From an uncultured Pelagibacteraceae bacterium (GTDB lineage Bacteria; Pseudomonadota; Alphaproteobacteria; Pelagibacterales; Pelagibacteraceae): DNA of 64,000 bases. A program made the position numbers and the translations under genes. Below, piece by piece: positions 49,116 to 59,049 of the stretch. Location: the NCBI GenBank assembly GCA_902560685.1, contig CACEMT010000002.1, forward strand, positions 861 to 64,860, in the 5' to 3' direction. A model generated the notes under the pieces. It saw only the letters and a list, made by a program, of their open reading frames with translations, was not told the DNA's origin and made no database searches. How positions within the stretch are numbered: position 1 is the first letter of the stretch; every line of letters starts with the position of its first letter.

Positions 49116-49514
49116 ATGAACACATCAATATTGTTAATTTTATTAGTCCCAATAGTTGAAATTTATCTTTTTATTAAGATAGGATCTCAAATAGGTGCTT
49201 TTAACACAATTTCGCTTATACTTATTACTGCAGTTATTGGTCTATATTATGCAAAATACGAAGGGCTAAATACACTAAGATCTGCAGTAAGTCAGCTGGT
49301 TAAAAATGAATTGCCAATTTATGAAATTATATCTGGCGCAGCTTTAGCATGTGCTGCCTTTTTAATGATTTTGCCTGGATTTTTAACAGATGTTGTTGGT
49401 TTATTAATTATATTTCCATGGACACGTAAATTATTATTTAAAAAATTTTCAAAAAGAAAAAATAATAAAAACTTTATAGATGGTGAATACGAAGATATAG
49501 ATGAAAATAAATAA
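49116..49514 (+). CDS. fxsA: FxsA family membrane protein
   Basis: PIVEI...IKIG..IG and LPGFLTD..G motifs. Confidence 0.9.
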   Translation: MNTSILLILLVPIVEIYLFIKIGSQIGAFNTISLILITAVIGLYYAKYEGLNTLRSAVSQLVKNELPIYEIISGAALACAAFLMILPGFLTDVVGLLIIFPWTRKLLFKKFSKRKNNKNFIDGEYEDIDENK

Positions 49515-49936
49515 TGTCAGATAATTTTAAAATAGTTGCTCAATTTGTAAAAGATATTTCTAGCGAAACTCCAAATATTGAAACATATTTCTATGTTAGA
49601 GAATTCTTAAAAAATTATAGTTTAAATATTAATATTACTTCAGCTCCATTAAAGAATAGAATGATAGAAATTAATACACAGTTAACTTATTTAGATAAAG
49701 GTTCTCCAAAAAATAAATCACATTTTGAAATAACTTATACTTCTGTCGTGCAGATAGCAGAGAGTATTAAGGAAAAAAAAGTTATTGAAAAAATAGTTTT
49801 ATGTGATGTTCAAAAAGAAATTTACCCAAAACTGGAAAAAATATTTACTAATTTGCTTAGCGACTCAGGTTACCCAGGTGTTAAATTTGAAAAGAAAATA
49901 GATTTTGAGCAATTATATAGTCAAAGGCTTAATTAA
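49514..49936 (+). CDS. secB: Protein-export chaperone SecB (divergent)
   Basis: QFVKDISSETP and IDFEQLY motifs; fxsA-secB-dnaQ synteny. Confidence 0.82.
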   Translation: MSDNFKIVAQFVKDISSETPNIETYFYVREFLKNYSLNINITSAPLKNRMIEINTQLTYLDKGSPKNKSHFEITYTSVVQIAESIKEKKVIEKIVLCDVQKEIYPKLEKIFTNLLSDSGYPGVKFEKKIDFEQLYSQRLN

Positions 49937-50601
49937 AAATAATTTTTTTTAAGATGATTTTTTAAAAAAACTTTATGAAGCTTTAATTCTTCTTCATTTA
50001 TTTTAATAATTTTTTTTGAATAATTTACAGCTTTATTTATTTTTGAATTATTTGTACTTTCATTCTTGGATAAAAAGTCTAATGATGGCTCTTTTTGATC
50101 AATTAAATTAATATATACTTTTGTTAATAATTCACAGTCAATCAGAGCAGTGTGTTTTTCTCTTTTAGAATTGTCTATTCTATATCTTTTACATAATGCA
50201 TCTAAACTTATTTGTGATCCTGGATATTTATCTCTTGCAATTTCTAAAGTATCAATAACATTTTCTTTATCAATTTTTTTCTTTCCTACTAATTCTAATT
50301 CATTGTTTAAATGAGAGATATCAAACTCAGCATTATGAATTACTAATTTTTTTCCAGATATGAATGAAATAAATTCATCAGCTATTTCAATAAATTTTTT
50401 CTTATCAGATAAAAATTCATCGGTATAACCATGAACTTCCAAAGCTTTTTCGGAAACTTTTCTTTCTGGATTCAAATAACAGTGAAATCTTTTTGAAGTG
50501 GGAACTAAATTGTCCAGTTCAATACATCCTATTTCTACAATTCTATGACCATCTTTCACTGATAGTCCTGTTGTTTCTGTATCTAGCACTACTTCATTCA
50601 T
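49933..50601 (-). CDS. dnaQ: DNA polymerase III epsilon subunit
   Basis: LDTETTG, HNAEFD and HTALID motifs. Confidence 0.95.
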   Translation of the reverse strand: MNEVVLDTETTGLSVKDGHRIVEIGCIELDNLVPTSKRFHCYLNPERKVSEKALEVHGYTDEFLSDKKKFIEIADEFISFISGKKLVIHNAEFDISHLNNELELVGKKKIDKENVIDTLEIARDKYPGSQISLDALCKRYRIDNSKREKHTALIDCELLTKVYINLIDQKEPSLDFLSKNESTNNSKINKAVNYSKKIIKINEEELKLHKVFLKNHLKKNYF

Positions 50602-51178
50602 TTGCATTTAAAATTTTATTTTTTAATATTTTAACATTTTTTCTTAAATTTAAACTTTTAAAATCATTTTTAATTAAATAATTAGATTTTTTTTTTTTAA
50701 TTTCTAAAGGTAGTTGAAACTTTCTAAGTTTTTTAATAATTTTCTCATCATAATTTTTTCTTTTTCTTAGTTTTTTATTAATATCTTTTTTTTTTGCATC
50801 AACAAAAACTAATACCATTTTGTTTTTATTATAAATTTTATTTTCAATTAAGAGGGGGATATCAAATATTAAAATTTTTTTATTTTTATTTACTTTTATA
50901 AATTTTTTCATATATTTTTTAACTTCAGGATGAACAATACTTTCAATTTTTTTGAGATTATTTTTATTATTTAAAACAGCTTTTTTTAATTCTTTTTTTT
51001 TTATTGGAAAAGACTTGATAAAATTAGGTAATTTTTTTTTTAATTTTTTAAAACAATTATTATTTTCTTTATATATTTTAGAAACTTGTTTATCAGCATC
51101 AAAAACTGGGTAACCAAATTGTCTAGCAATAAAACTTTTTCCTGATCCTATATCTCCTAAAATACCGATTTTAATCAT
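50594..51178 (-). CDS. coaE: Dephospho-CoA kinase
   Basis: GDIGSGKS, DAD, IVHP and DIPLLIE motifs. Confidence 0.93.
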   Translation of the reverse strand: MIKIGILGDIGSGKSFIARQFGYPVFDADKQVSKIYKENNNCFKKLKKKLPNFIKSFPIKKKELKKAVLNNKNNLKKIESIVHPEVKKYMKKFIKVNKNKKILIFDIPLLIENKIYNKNKMVLVFVDAKKKDINKKLRKRKNYDEKIIKKLRKFQLPLEIKKKKSNYLIKNDFKSLNLRKNVKILKNKILNANE

Positions 51179-51969
51179 TAATCTAACAAATTTATAACTT
51201 CTTCATTTATTTCAGGCATCAATTTATGCCAAATTGTAAATGATTGATGTGCCTGATAAATAAACATCATTTTACCATTTTCTGCTCTATTTCCAAAAAG
51301 TTTAGCTCTTTTCAAAAAAATCGTTTCCTTTGGGTTGTAAATAACGTCGTAAAAAAATTTATTAGGTTCTATTTGGGAATAATCTAATTTAATTCCATCT
51401 TCATTTTTTAAACCAATGCTTGTTGCATTTATAATCATATCAAAATTTGGAGTTTCTCCCCAATCAACAATTTCTAATTTATTAAAAATACTTTTTAAAT
51501 CTTCTGCTTTGGATTTTGTTCTGTTGCTTATAATAATTTTTGCAGCTCCCATTTTTTTCAAAGCTATAATTATTGAAGAAACAACACCACCTGCTCCTAA
51601 TATAAAAACTATTTTATTCTTTACATCATATTTTGAATATTTTATTCCAAGCTCAAAACCGGATATATCAGTATTGTGTCCAATCAATTTTCCATTTTGA
51701 GAATATATTGTATTGACAGATTGTGACTCATTTGCCTCAGGGCTTAATTTGTCCATAAATGGAATAACTTTTTTTTTAAAAGGAATTGTTACATTGGCTC
51801 CAGTGATTTCTTCTTTTTTAATTAATGAAACTAAAAATTCTATATCGTTTTCATTAATTTTCTTTTTTTCATAAGTAGCTTTAACATTATTTTTTTTGAT
51901 CCAATAATTATGTAACTTGGGTGAAAGAGAGTGCTCAATAGGATTTCCAATGACTATATATTTTTTCAT
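51178..51969 (-). CDS. aroE: Shikimate dehydrogenase
   Basis: HSLSP, NVTIPFK, NTD, GAGG and NATSIG motifs. Confidence 0.95.
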   Translation of the reverse strand: MKKYIVIGNPIEHSLSPKLHNYWIKKNNVKATYEKKKINENDIEFLVSLIKKEEITGANVTIPFKKKVIPFMDKLSPEANESQSVNTIYSQNGKLIGHNTDISGFELGIKYSKYDVKNKIVFILGAGGVVSSIIIALKKMGAAKIIISNRTKSKAEDLKSIFNKLEIVDWGETPNFDMIINATSIGLKNEDGIKLDYSQIEPNKFFYDVIYNPKETIFLKRAKLFGNRAENGKMMFIYQAHQSFTIWHKLMPEINEEVINLLD

Positions 51970-52550
51970 TTAAAATTTCTCAAATAATCCTTAATTTTCT
52001 TAACAGGTAGTCCCATAATCGTATCTTCATCTCCATGAACTTTTGAAAATAAAGATCTTCCCTCACCTTCTATTTGATAGACATTATAAGCATACAATGC
52101 CTCATCTGTAATCTTGGATAAATACTCTCTAAGTTCTTTATCGGACAGATCTTTCATTGTCAAAGCTGCTTTGTCTGTGTAATTCCAAATCATAGAACCA
52201 TTTTTTGAAATACAAACGGAGCTTATTAAATAATGTGTTTTTCCATTGAGTTTTTTTAATATTTTAAGAGCCTCTTCCCTATCCTTTGGTTTTGAAATTA
52301 ACTCTTTATTTATGTCTATTACACTATCAGCCCCAAGCACAATTTGATCATTCAGTTTTAAACTAATTTTATTAGCCTTGAGTTCTGCTAAATTTTTAGA
52401 AATCATTTCTGGACTAGCGTTTTCTCTTAACAAACTTTTTTTTACAGACTCTTCATCAATATTAGATGGAAAAACTTTGCATTCAATTTCATTTTCATCT
52501 AAAATTTTTTTTCTTACTTTACTATTAGATGCAAGAATTATTTTATGCAT
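51966..52550 (-). CDS. maf: Maf family nucleotide pyrophosphatase
   Basis: ILASNSKVR, LAELKA, GADS, KP and IMGLP motifs. Confidence 0.92.
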   Translation of the reverse strand: MHKIILASNSKVRKKILDENEIECKVFPSNIDEESVKKSLLRENASPEMISKNLAELKANKISLKLNDQIVLGADSVIDINKELISKPKDREEALKILKKLNGKTHYLISSVCISKNGSMIWNYTDKAALTMKDLSDKELREYLSKITDEALYAYNVYQIEGEGRSLFSKVHGDEDTIMGLPVKKIKDYLRNFK

Positions 52551-53364
52551 TTTGATTTTTTATTTCATATATTTTTATAATTGAAGCTGCAGTTTCTTCA
52601 ATTGATTTTCTAGTAACATCAATTACCGGCCATTGATATTTTTTGAAAGCTTGTTTCGCGTTTTTAGTTTCTAACTCTATTTTTTCGATATTAGTATAAT
52701 CAGTTCCATGTTCCTCTTTTAATGCCATCATTCTGTTTTTTCTAACATCGATCAATCTTTTAGGTTCAACTGTTAGACCTACCACACATTTGAGTTTTGG
52801 TTTTTCTCTAAGAAGCTCAGGTATTGAATTTTCATCTATTAAAGGAATATTGGAAGTTTTGTATCCTCTGTTTGCAAGATATATTGATGTTGGGGTTTTG
52901 CCCGTTCTGCTTACCCCAAGTAAAATAATATCCGACTCGTCTAAATCCTGAATCATGCTTCCATCATCATGATTCATTGTAAATTGTATGGCCTCTATTC
53001 TTTTCGAATTTTCTTCAAATGTGTGTTGTCCGCTAGGGATATGAGAAGCTCTTTGTTTTAATAATTTAGAAAAATTTAAAATTAAATCTCCAAGAACGCT
53101 AAAACATGGAATATTAGTTTCTTTTGCTTTTTCTTCTAAAAATTTAGCAAGATTATCATCTACTATTGTATATAGGATTATGGGTTCCTTTTGTTCTTTT
53201 GCTACTTCTATAATTTTTAAAATCTGATTCTGCGTTCTTGTAAATGAAAATTGATGATTATTATATTCAAAGTTTAAAAATTGAGCTTTTAAAGCTAAAA
53301 ATATCCTATCTAATGTCTCTCCAGTTGAATCGGAAATTAGGTATATATCGTGTTTAATATTCAT
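52543..53364 (-). CDS. ppsR: PEP synthase/pyruvate phosphate dikinase regulatory kinase-phosphorylase (DUF299)
   Basis: ISDSTGET, HDDG, GVSRTGKTP and IDVTRKSIEETA motifs. Confidence 0.92.
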   Translation of the reverse strand: MNIKHDIYLISDSTGETLDRIFLALKAQFLNFEYNNHQFSFTRTQNQILKIIEVAKEQKEPIILYTIVDDNLAKFLEEKAKETNIPCFSVLGDLILNFSKLLKQRASHIPSGQHTFEENSKRIEAIQFTMNHDDGSMIQDLDESDIILLGVSRTGKTPTSIYLANRGYKTSNIPLIDENSIPELLREKPKLKCVVGLTVEPKRLIDVRKNRMMALKEEHGTDYTNIEKIELETKNAKQAFKKYQWPVIDVTRKSIEETAASIIKIYEIKNQNA

Positions 53365-53647
53365 GTATAAATTGTTTACAATAATTTAATAATAAAGTTA
53401 AAAATCAATAAGTAATTTTTTTTTATTTTTTATTTGAATAACTTTAAAAATATTAACATAAATAAACATCTTAATAATTAATATACACAATTATTTATTT
53501 TACTTAAAATTTGTGAAAAAAAGGCTATTTGTCTTAATTTTTTATTAATTTAATCTGTTAGTATTTAGTGGGTAAAATGTTAAAAATTAGTAATACCTTA
53601 TATTAACAGGATATAAAACAAATACTAAAGCTTATATATATTATTTT
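53365..53647. other. Probable chromosomal replication origin (oriC)
   Basis: 283-bp extremely AT-rich spacer between divergent ppsR and hemE, the usual alphaproteobacterial oriC position; DnaA-box-like 9-mers at 53481 (ATATACACA) and 53512 (TGTGAAAAA); parS and parAB about 9 kb away. Confidence 0.7.
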
Positions 53648-54649
53648 ATGACTCCAATTCAAGACTGTATAAAGAATAAAAATACAAACTTAAATCCTAT
53701 CTGGATTATGAGGCAAGCTGGAAGGTATTTACCTGAGTTTAGAGAAATTAGAGCTAAAAATACAGATTTTATAAAGTTATGTTTAAATGAAAGTTTATCT
53801 ACTGAAATAACTTTACAACCAATTAGAAGATTTGACTTTGATGCTGCAATAATTTTTTCTGACATTTTAATGTTACCATTTGGCTTGGGTCAAGAAGTCA
53901 AATTTGAAAAAGGTTTAGGACCTAAATTAGGTGAATTAAATTTAGATCTTATTGAAAACGTAAGTAAAGATGAATTTACTAAAAAATTAAATCCTATTTA
54001 TAAATCTATATCAAATATATCTACCAATACTATATGTAAAAATAAAGACGTAATTGGTTTTGTGGGAGCTCCGTGGACAATCTTAGTCTACATGATTAAT
54101 AAAATGTCACCTAAAAAAAATCTGACCAAGGAAATTTTTAAAGACAAATTATTGACAAGAAAATTATTATCTATAATAGAAAAATTTCTTAAAATTCATA
54201 TTGAAAACCAAATAAAAGCGGGAGCAACCCTCATACAAATTTTTGATAGCTGGGCAGGATTGTTAGAAAATAACATTCTTGAATTTATATATGAACCGAC
54301 TCTGAATCTTGTTAATCATGTTAAAAAACTAAATGTACCAGTTATTTGTTTTCCTAGGGGTATAAAAGATTACAAGAGTTATTGTGATTTTGTTAAACCT
54401 AATATGGTGAATATTGATTATAATGTTGATCCAAAAAAAATAGTTAATGAAATACAAATACCAATACAAGGAGGATTGGACCCAAAGGTGTTATTAACCG
54501 ATAAGGAAAATTTACATCGAGAAACAATTAAATATCTTCAAATTTTCAAAGATCACCCATATGTATTTAATCTTGGGCATGGTATTTTACCAGAAACGAA
54601 AATTGAAATGGTAGAAGAATTAGTAAAAACGATTAGGGGTTTTAAATAA
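53648..54649 (+). CDS. hemE: Uroporphyrinogen decarboxylase
   Basis: MRQAGRYLPE, AIIFSDIL and FNLGHGI motifs. Confidence 0.96.
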   Translation: MTPIQDCIKNKNTNLNPIWIMRQAGRYLPEFREIRAKNTDFIKLCLNESLSTEITLQPIRRFDFDAAIIFSDILMLPFGLGQEVKFEKGLGPKLGELNLDLIENVSKDEFTKKLNPIYKSISNISTNTICKNKDVIGFVGAPWTILVYMINKMSPKKNLTKEIFKDKLLTRKLLSIIEKFLKIHIENQIKAGATLIQIFDSWAGLLENNILEFIYEPTLNLVNHVKKLNVPVICFPRGIKDYKSYCDFVKPNMVNIDYNVDPKKIVNEIQIPIQGGLDPKVLLTDKENLHRETIKYLQIFKDHPYVFNLGHGILPETKIEMVEELVKTIRGFK

Positions 54650-55638
54650 TGGAAAAACACCCCGAAATAAAACATGGAAAGACAGGAGCTCTAATAATTA
54701 ATTTAGGAACTCCAGATTCTACAAATTGGTTAGACATTAGAAGATATTTAAAAGAGTTTTTATCTGATAGAAGAGTAATTGAGGTAAATCCAATAATCTG
54801 GCAAGTAATACTTAATGTTTTTATTCTAAATTTAAGGCCATCTAAAACTGCAAAAGCTTATAAGGAAATATGGATGAAAGAAGAAAATATTTCTCCTTTA
54901 TTATATTACACAAAAAAACAAGCCGAAAAAATTTCAAAATCAATTTCAAATGAAAATTTGATTATAGATTTTGCTATGAGATATGGAAACCCAAGTATTA
55001 AAAGTAAAATATTGAAATTAAATGAAGAAGGCTGTGAAAATATAATAGTATTACCTCTTTATCCTCAGTATGCAGCCGCAACGACTGCAACTGTTTGTGA
55101 CGAAGTATATAGAACTTTAATGAATATGAGATGGCAGCCTTCTTTAAAAATTATTCCTCATTATGAGTCAGATCCACTATACGTTGACGCTTTAGTAAAC
55201 TCAATAAATGATAAATTAAAAAGCATAAATTGGAAACCAGATTTGATTTTAGCTTCTTATCATGGAATACCAAAAAAATACTTTGATAAAGGTGATCCAT
55301 ATCATTGTTATTGTCTCAAAACTACAAGACTAATTTCAGAAAAATTTAAATCTATCGAGATTAAAACAACTTTCCAATCTAGGTTTGGCCCACAAGAATG
55401 GCTTCAACCATATACAGACAAAACACTAGAAAACTTACCAAGTGAAGGAAAAAAAAATGTTCTTGCAATATGTCCAGGTTTTTCTTCTGACTGTGTTGAA
55501 ACATTAGAAGAAATATTAATTCAGGGTAAAAAAAGTTTTATGGAATCAGGAGGAGAAAATTTTGATATGATACCATGCCTTAATGATAATGATGATCATA
55601 TAAATTTACTAAAAAATTTAATTCAAAAAAATATTTAA
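54649..55638 (+). CDS. hemH: Ferrochelatase
   Basis: NLGTP, AMRYGNP, QSRFG..EWLQP and DCVETLEE motifs. Confidence 0.96.
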   Translation: MEKHPEIKHGKTGALIINLGTPDSTNWLDIRRYLKEFLSDRRVIEVNPIIWQVILNVFILNLRPSKTAKAYKEIWMKEENISPLLYYTKKQAEKISKSISNENLIIDFAMRYGNPSIKSKILKLNEEGCENIIVLPLYPQYAAATTATVCDEVYRTLMNMRWQPSLKIIPHYESDPLYVDALVNSINDKLKSINWKPDLILASYHGIPKKYFDKGDPYHCYCLKTTRLISEKFKSIEIKTTFQSRFGPQEWLQPYTDKTLENLPSEGKKNVLAICPGFSSDCVETLEEILIQGKKSFMESGGENFDMIPCLNDNDDHINLLKNLIQKNI

Positions 55639-55641
55639 TTA

Positions 55642-56076
55642 ATGAATTACTACTTGCTTTTTAAATCTTTGCATCTAATAGCGGTTATTTCGTGGATGGC
55701 TGGATTATTATACCTTCCAAGAATTTTTGTATACCACGTTGAAAATATGGAGAAAAAGGATGCAATAGAAATATTTGAAATTATGGAAAGAAAACTTTAC
55801 TTTTATATAATGAGGCCGGCTATGATTACCACATGGCTTTTTGGTATAATTTTAATTTATATAAATGGATTTGAAATTTTTTCATATTTATGGATGCATA
55901 TTAAATTAGGATTAGTGATAATTCTTACTATCTACCACGAATATTTAGGCACATGTCTTAAATCTCTTAAATTAAAAACCAATACAAAAACATCAAAATT
56001 CTTTAGAATCATTAATGAAGTACCCACTATTATATTAATATTTATTATTTTTATTGTTATTTTTAAGCCAATCTAG
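55642..56076 (+). CDS. hemJ: Protoporphyrinogen oxidase HemJ
   Basis: LHLIAVISWMAGLLYLPRIFVYH and RIINEVPT motifs. Confidence 0.95.
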   Translation: MNYYLLFKSLHLIAVISWMAGLLYLPRIFVYHVENMEKKDAIEIFEIMERKLYFYIMRPAMITTWLFGIILIYINGFEIFSYLWMHIKLGLVIILTIYHEYLGTCLKSLKLKTNTKTSKFFRIINEVPTIILIFIIFIVIFKPI

Positions 56077-56139
56077 GGTTGTAATTTATAAAATAATATA
56101 TATATTATTTATATCTAACATCTAAAGCCCCCCAAAATT

Positions 56140-57411
56140 ATGAATATACAAGACTTAAAACAAAAAAGTTCAGAGCAGTTGATCGATGAAGCCGAAAAAT
56201 TAGGCATTGAAAATGCAAGCACTTTAAGAAGACAAGAAATATATTTTGCCATATTAAAAAAATTAGCCGAAAAAGGTGAAGAAATTACCGGAGGTGGTGT
56301 GCTTCAACTTTTACAAGATGGATTTGGATTTTTAAGGGCAATAGAGTCGAATTATTTACCTGGGGCAGACGATATATACATTAGCCCAAATCAGATAAGA
56401 AAATTTGGTTTAAGAACTGGTGATACTGTAGAGGGACCAATTAGAGCACCAAAAGATGGTGAAAGATATTTCGCTTTACTTCAAGTAAATAAAATTAATT
56501 TCGAAGAACCAGAAAAAACTAAACACAAAATAGCATTCGATAACTTAACTCCACTATATCCAAATAAACAGGTAACACTTGAGGTAGAAAGTAATAAAGT
56601 TGAGAAAAAACCAGATTTAACAGCACGATTAATAGACTTAGTTAGTCCAATAGGTAAAGGTCAAAGATCTCTAATAATTTCTCCGCCCAAAGCTGGGAAA
56701 ACAATGATACTGCAAAGTATTGCAAACTCGATTACTGCAAATCATCCCGAATGTTATCTAATGGTATTGCTAATTGACGAAAGACCCGAAGAAGTTACAG
56801 ATATGCAAAGAACAGTTAAAGGTGAAGTAATTAGTTCAACTTTTGATGAACCAGCACAAAGACACGTAGCTGTAGCTGAAATGGTAATTGAAAAAGCTAA
56901 AAGATTAACTGAACATAAAAAAGATGTGGTTATATTATTAGATTCAATAACAAGATTAGGCCGAGCATATAATGCTGTTGTACCAAGTTCAGGTAAAGTT
57001 TTAACAGGAGGTGTCGATGCAAACGCACTTCAAAGACCTAAACGTTTCTTTGGAGCAGCTAGAAACATTGAAGAAGGTGGTTCATTAACAATAATTGCAA
57101 CTGCCTTGATAGATACCGGAAGTAGAATGGATGAAGTTATCTTTGAAGAATTTAAAGGAACAGGTAATAGCGAAACTATATTAGATAGAAAGATATCCGA
57201 GAAAAGAATTTTCCCTGCAATTGATATTACAAAATCAGGAACAAGACGTGAGGAGTTGTTATTTGACAAAAATGATTTACAAAAAATGAATGTACTAAGA
57301 AGAATTATTGCACCAATGGGCGCAATGGACGCTATAGAATTTATCAATTCAAAATTAAAAATTACAAAAAATAACGCAGAATTTTTTAATTCTATGAATA
57401 AACCAGGTTAA
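56140..57411 (+). CDS. rho: Transcription termination factor Rho
   Basis: [22 protein letters not shown] and FEEFKGTGN motifs. Confidence 0.98.
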   Translation: MNIQDLKQKSSEQLIDEAEKLGIENASTLRRQEIYFAILKKLAEKGEEITGGGVLQLLQDGFGFLRAIESNYLPGADDIYISPNQIRKFGLRTGDTVEGPIRAPKDGERYFALLQVNKINFEEPEKTKHKIAFDNLTPLYPNKQVTLEVESNKVEKKPDLTARLIDLVSPIGKGQRSLIISPPKAGKTMILQSIANSITANHPECYLMVLLIDERPEEVTDMQRTVKGEVISSTFDEPAQRHVAVAEMVIEKAKRLTEHKKDVVILLDSITRLGRAYNAVVPSSGKVLTGGVDANALQRPKRFFGAARNIEEGGSLTIIATALIDTGSRMDEVIFEEFKGTGNSETILDRKISEKRIFPAIDITKSGTRREELLFDKNDLQKMNVLRRIIAPMGAMDAIEFINSKLKITKNNAEFFNSMNKPG

Positions 57412-57461
57412 TAAGTGAGTTTTTTAGTATAAAAATTATTTTTTTTCTTTAAATTCAATTT

Positions 57462-59009
57462 ATGGATATAAGAGAAAAAGTAGAAAAATTACAAAATCAT
57501 TTAAAAGCAAATAACTATAAATTTGTAATCGATGAATGTAATAAGTTAATTCAAAAATTTCCCTATAATTCTTTTCTTTATAATTTGTGTGGCCTTGCTT
57601 TACAGGGCAATGGAAATACTAGACATTCCATTGAATATTTTAATAAATCTATTGATTTGGACCCTAATAATTTTTCAGCAAAAAATAATTTAGGAAATTC
57701 ATATAAAGCAATAGGAAGATATGATTTGGCTGAAAGCAATTATTCTTCGGCATTAAAAATAAAACCTGATTATGTCCAGGCATTAAATAATTATGCTAAT
57801 TTTAAGTCTCTTGTTAATGATTACAAAACTTCAATAGATTTATTAGAAAAAGCATTAAAAATAAGCAAAAATCAAATTGTTTTAATGTACAACCTTGCTG
57901 AAAATTACAAATCTATTGGTGAATTTAATAAAGCAATAGAGATGCATGAAAAAATAATTTTTGATAATAATTTACATACAAACTCTCATTTATCACTCAG
58001 CTCAATGTACAATTACAATAAAGATAATAAGCATTTAAATCAGATGCTAGATTTAATAAAAAATGAAAAATTGAATAAACAGAACAAAATTCATTTATCA
58101 TTTGCTATAGGTAAGGCATATGAGGATATTGGAGAACATGAAATTTCTTTTAATTATTATAAAGAAGCAAACAAAATTAGTAACTCAATTTTAAATTATA
58201 ATTTTGAAAATGAAAAAAAATTATTTGATAAAATTATTACAACTTTTAATAATATAGATTTTGAAAAAAAATATCATGAATCAGATAAAAAAAAAATAAT
58301 CTTTATTTGTGGTATGCCCAGATCAGGTACAACTTTAGTTGAACAAATTATTTCTTCACACAAAGATGTGAGAGGATGTGGTGAATTAATTTATTTACAG
58401 AGTTCAATTAAAGAAAATCTTTATTCAGAAAATTTTTTTGATAAAAACAAATTATCTAATTTATTAAATACCAATTCTAATCCAATACTTAATAAGTATT
58501 TTGAAATGTTAAAATTTCATGGAATTTCTGAAAAAATTATTACTGACAAAGCTCCTCAAAATTTTTTATGGATTGGAGTAATTAAAATTTTTATTCCGAA
58601 TTCTAAAATAGTATTTTGTAGTAGAAGTCCAAGAGATAATTGTCTTTCTCTATACAAAAATTTCTTTCCTGCTAGGGAAATGAGCTGGTCATATAGTGAG
58701 GAAAATATTGGAAATTATTTTAATCAGCATAAAAGGATCATAGAGTTTTGGAAGAATAAAATACCGAATTCAATTTATGAGTTACATTATGAAAAATTAG
58801 TAAATGACCAAAATAATGAAACTAAAAAACTAATAAATTTTTGTGAATTAAGTTGGGATGAAAATTGTTTGAATTTTCACAAAAATAATAAAACACCTAT
58901 TTCTACAGTTAGTGTTAGCCAGGCAAGAAGACCAATCTACAAAAATTCAATTGATTTAAATAAAAATTATGAGAATTATTTGAGTAAACTATTTTCAATG
59001 ATCAATTGA
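57462..59009 (+). CDS. TPR-repeat sulfotransferase
   Basis: N-terminal TPRs (NNLGNSY...G.Y..A); GMPRSGTTLVEQI, TDKAP and YEKLV motifs. Confidence 0.88.
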   Translation: MDIREKVEKLQNHLKANNYKFVIDECNKLIQKFPYNSFLYNLCGLALQGNGNTRHSIEYFNKSIDLDPNNFSAKNNLGNSYKAIGRYDLAESNYSSALKIKPDYVQALNNYANFKSLVNDYKTSIDLLEKALKISKNQIVLMYNLAENYKSIGEFNKAIEMHEKIIFDNNLHTNSHLSLSSMYNYNKDNKHLNQMLDLIKNEKLNKQNKIHLSFAIGKAYEDIGEHEISFNYYKEANKISNSILNYNFENEKKLFDKIITTFNNIDFEKKYHESDKKKIIFICGMPRSGTTLVEQIISSHKDVRGCGELIYLQSSIKENLYSENFFDKNKLSNLLNTNSNPILNKYFEMLKFHGISEKIITDKAPQNFLWIGVIKIFIPNSKIVFCSRSPRDNCLSLYKNFFPAREMSWSYSEENIGNYFNQHKRIIEFWKNKIPNSIYELHYEKLVNDQNNETKKLINFCELSWDENCLNFHKNNKTPISTVSVSQARRPIYKNSIDLNKNYENYLSKLFSMIN

Positions 59010-59049
59010 TAAATATATAATTTAAAAAAAATCTAGATATACTAAAAAA

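Noticed and set aside
53534-53548. TTAA-N7-TTAA CtrA-box-like motif in the probable oriC
   Set aside because: Expected by chance in such AT-rich DNA, and nothing in the window shows that CtrA is encoded
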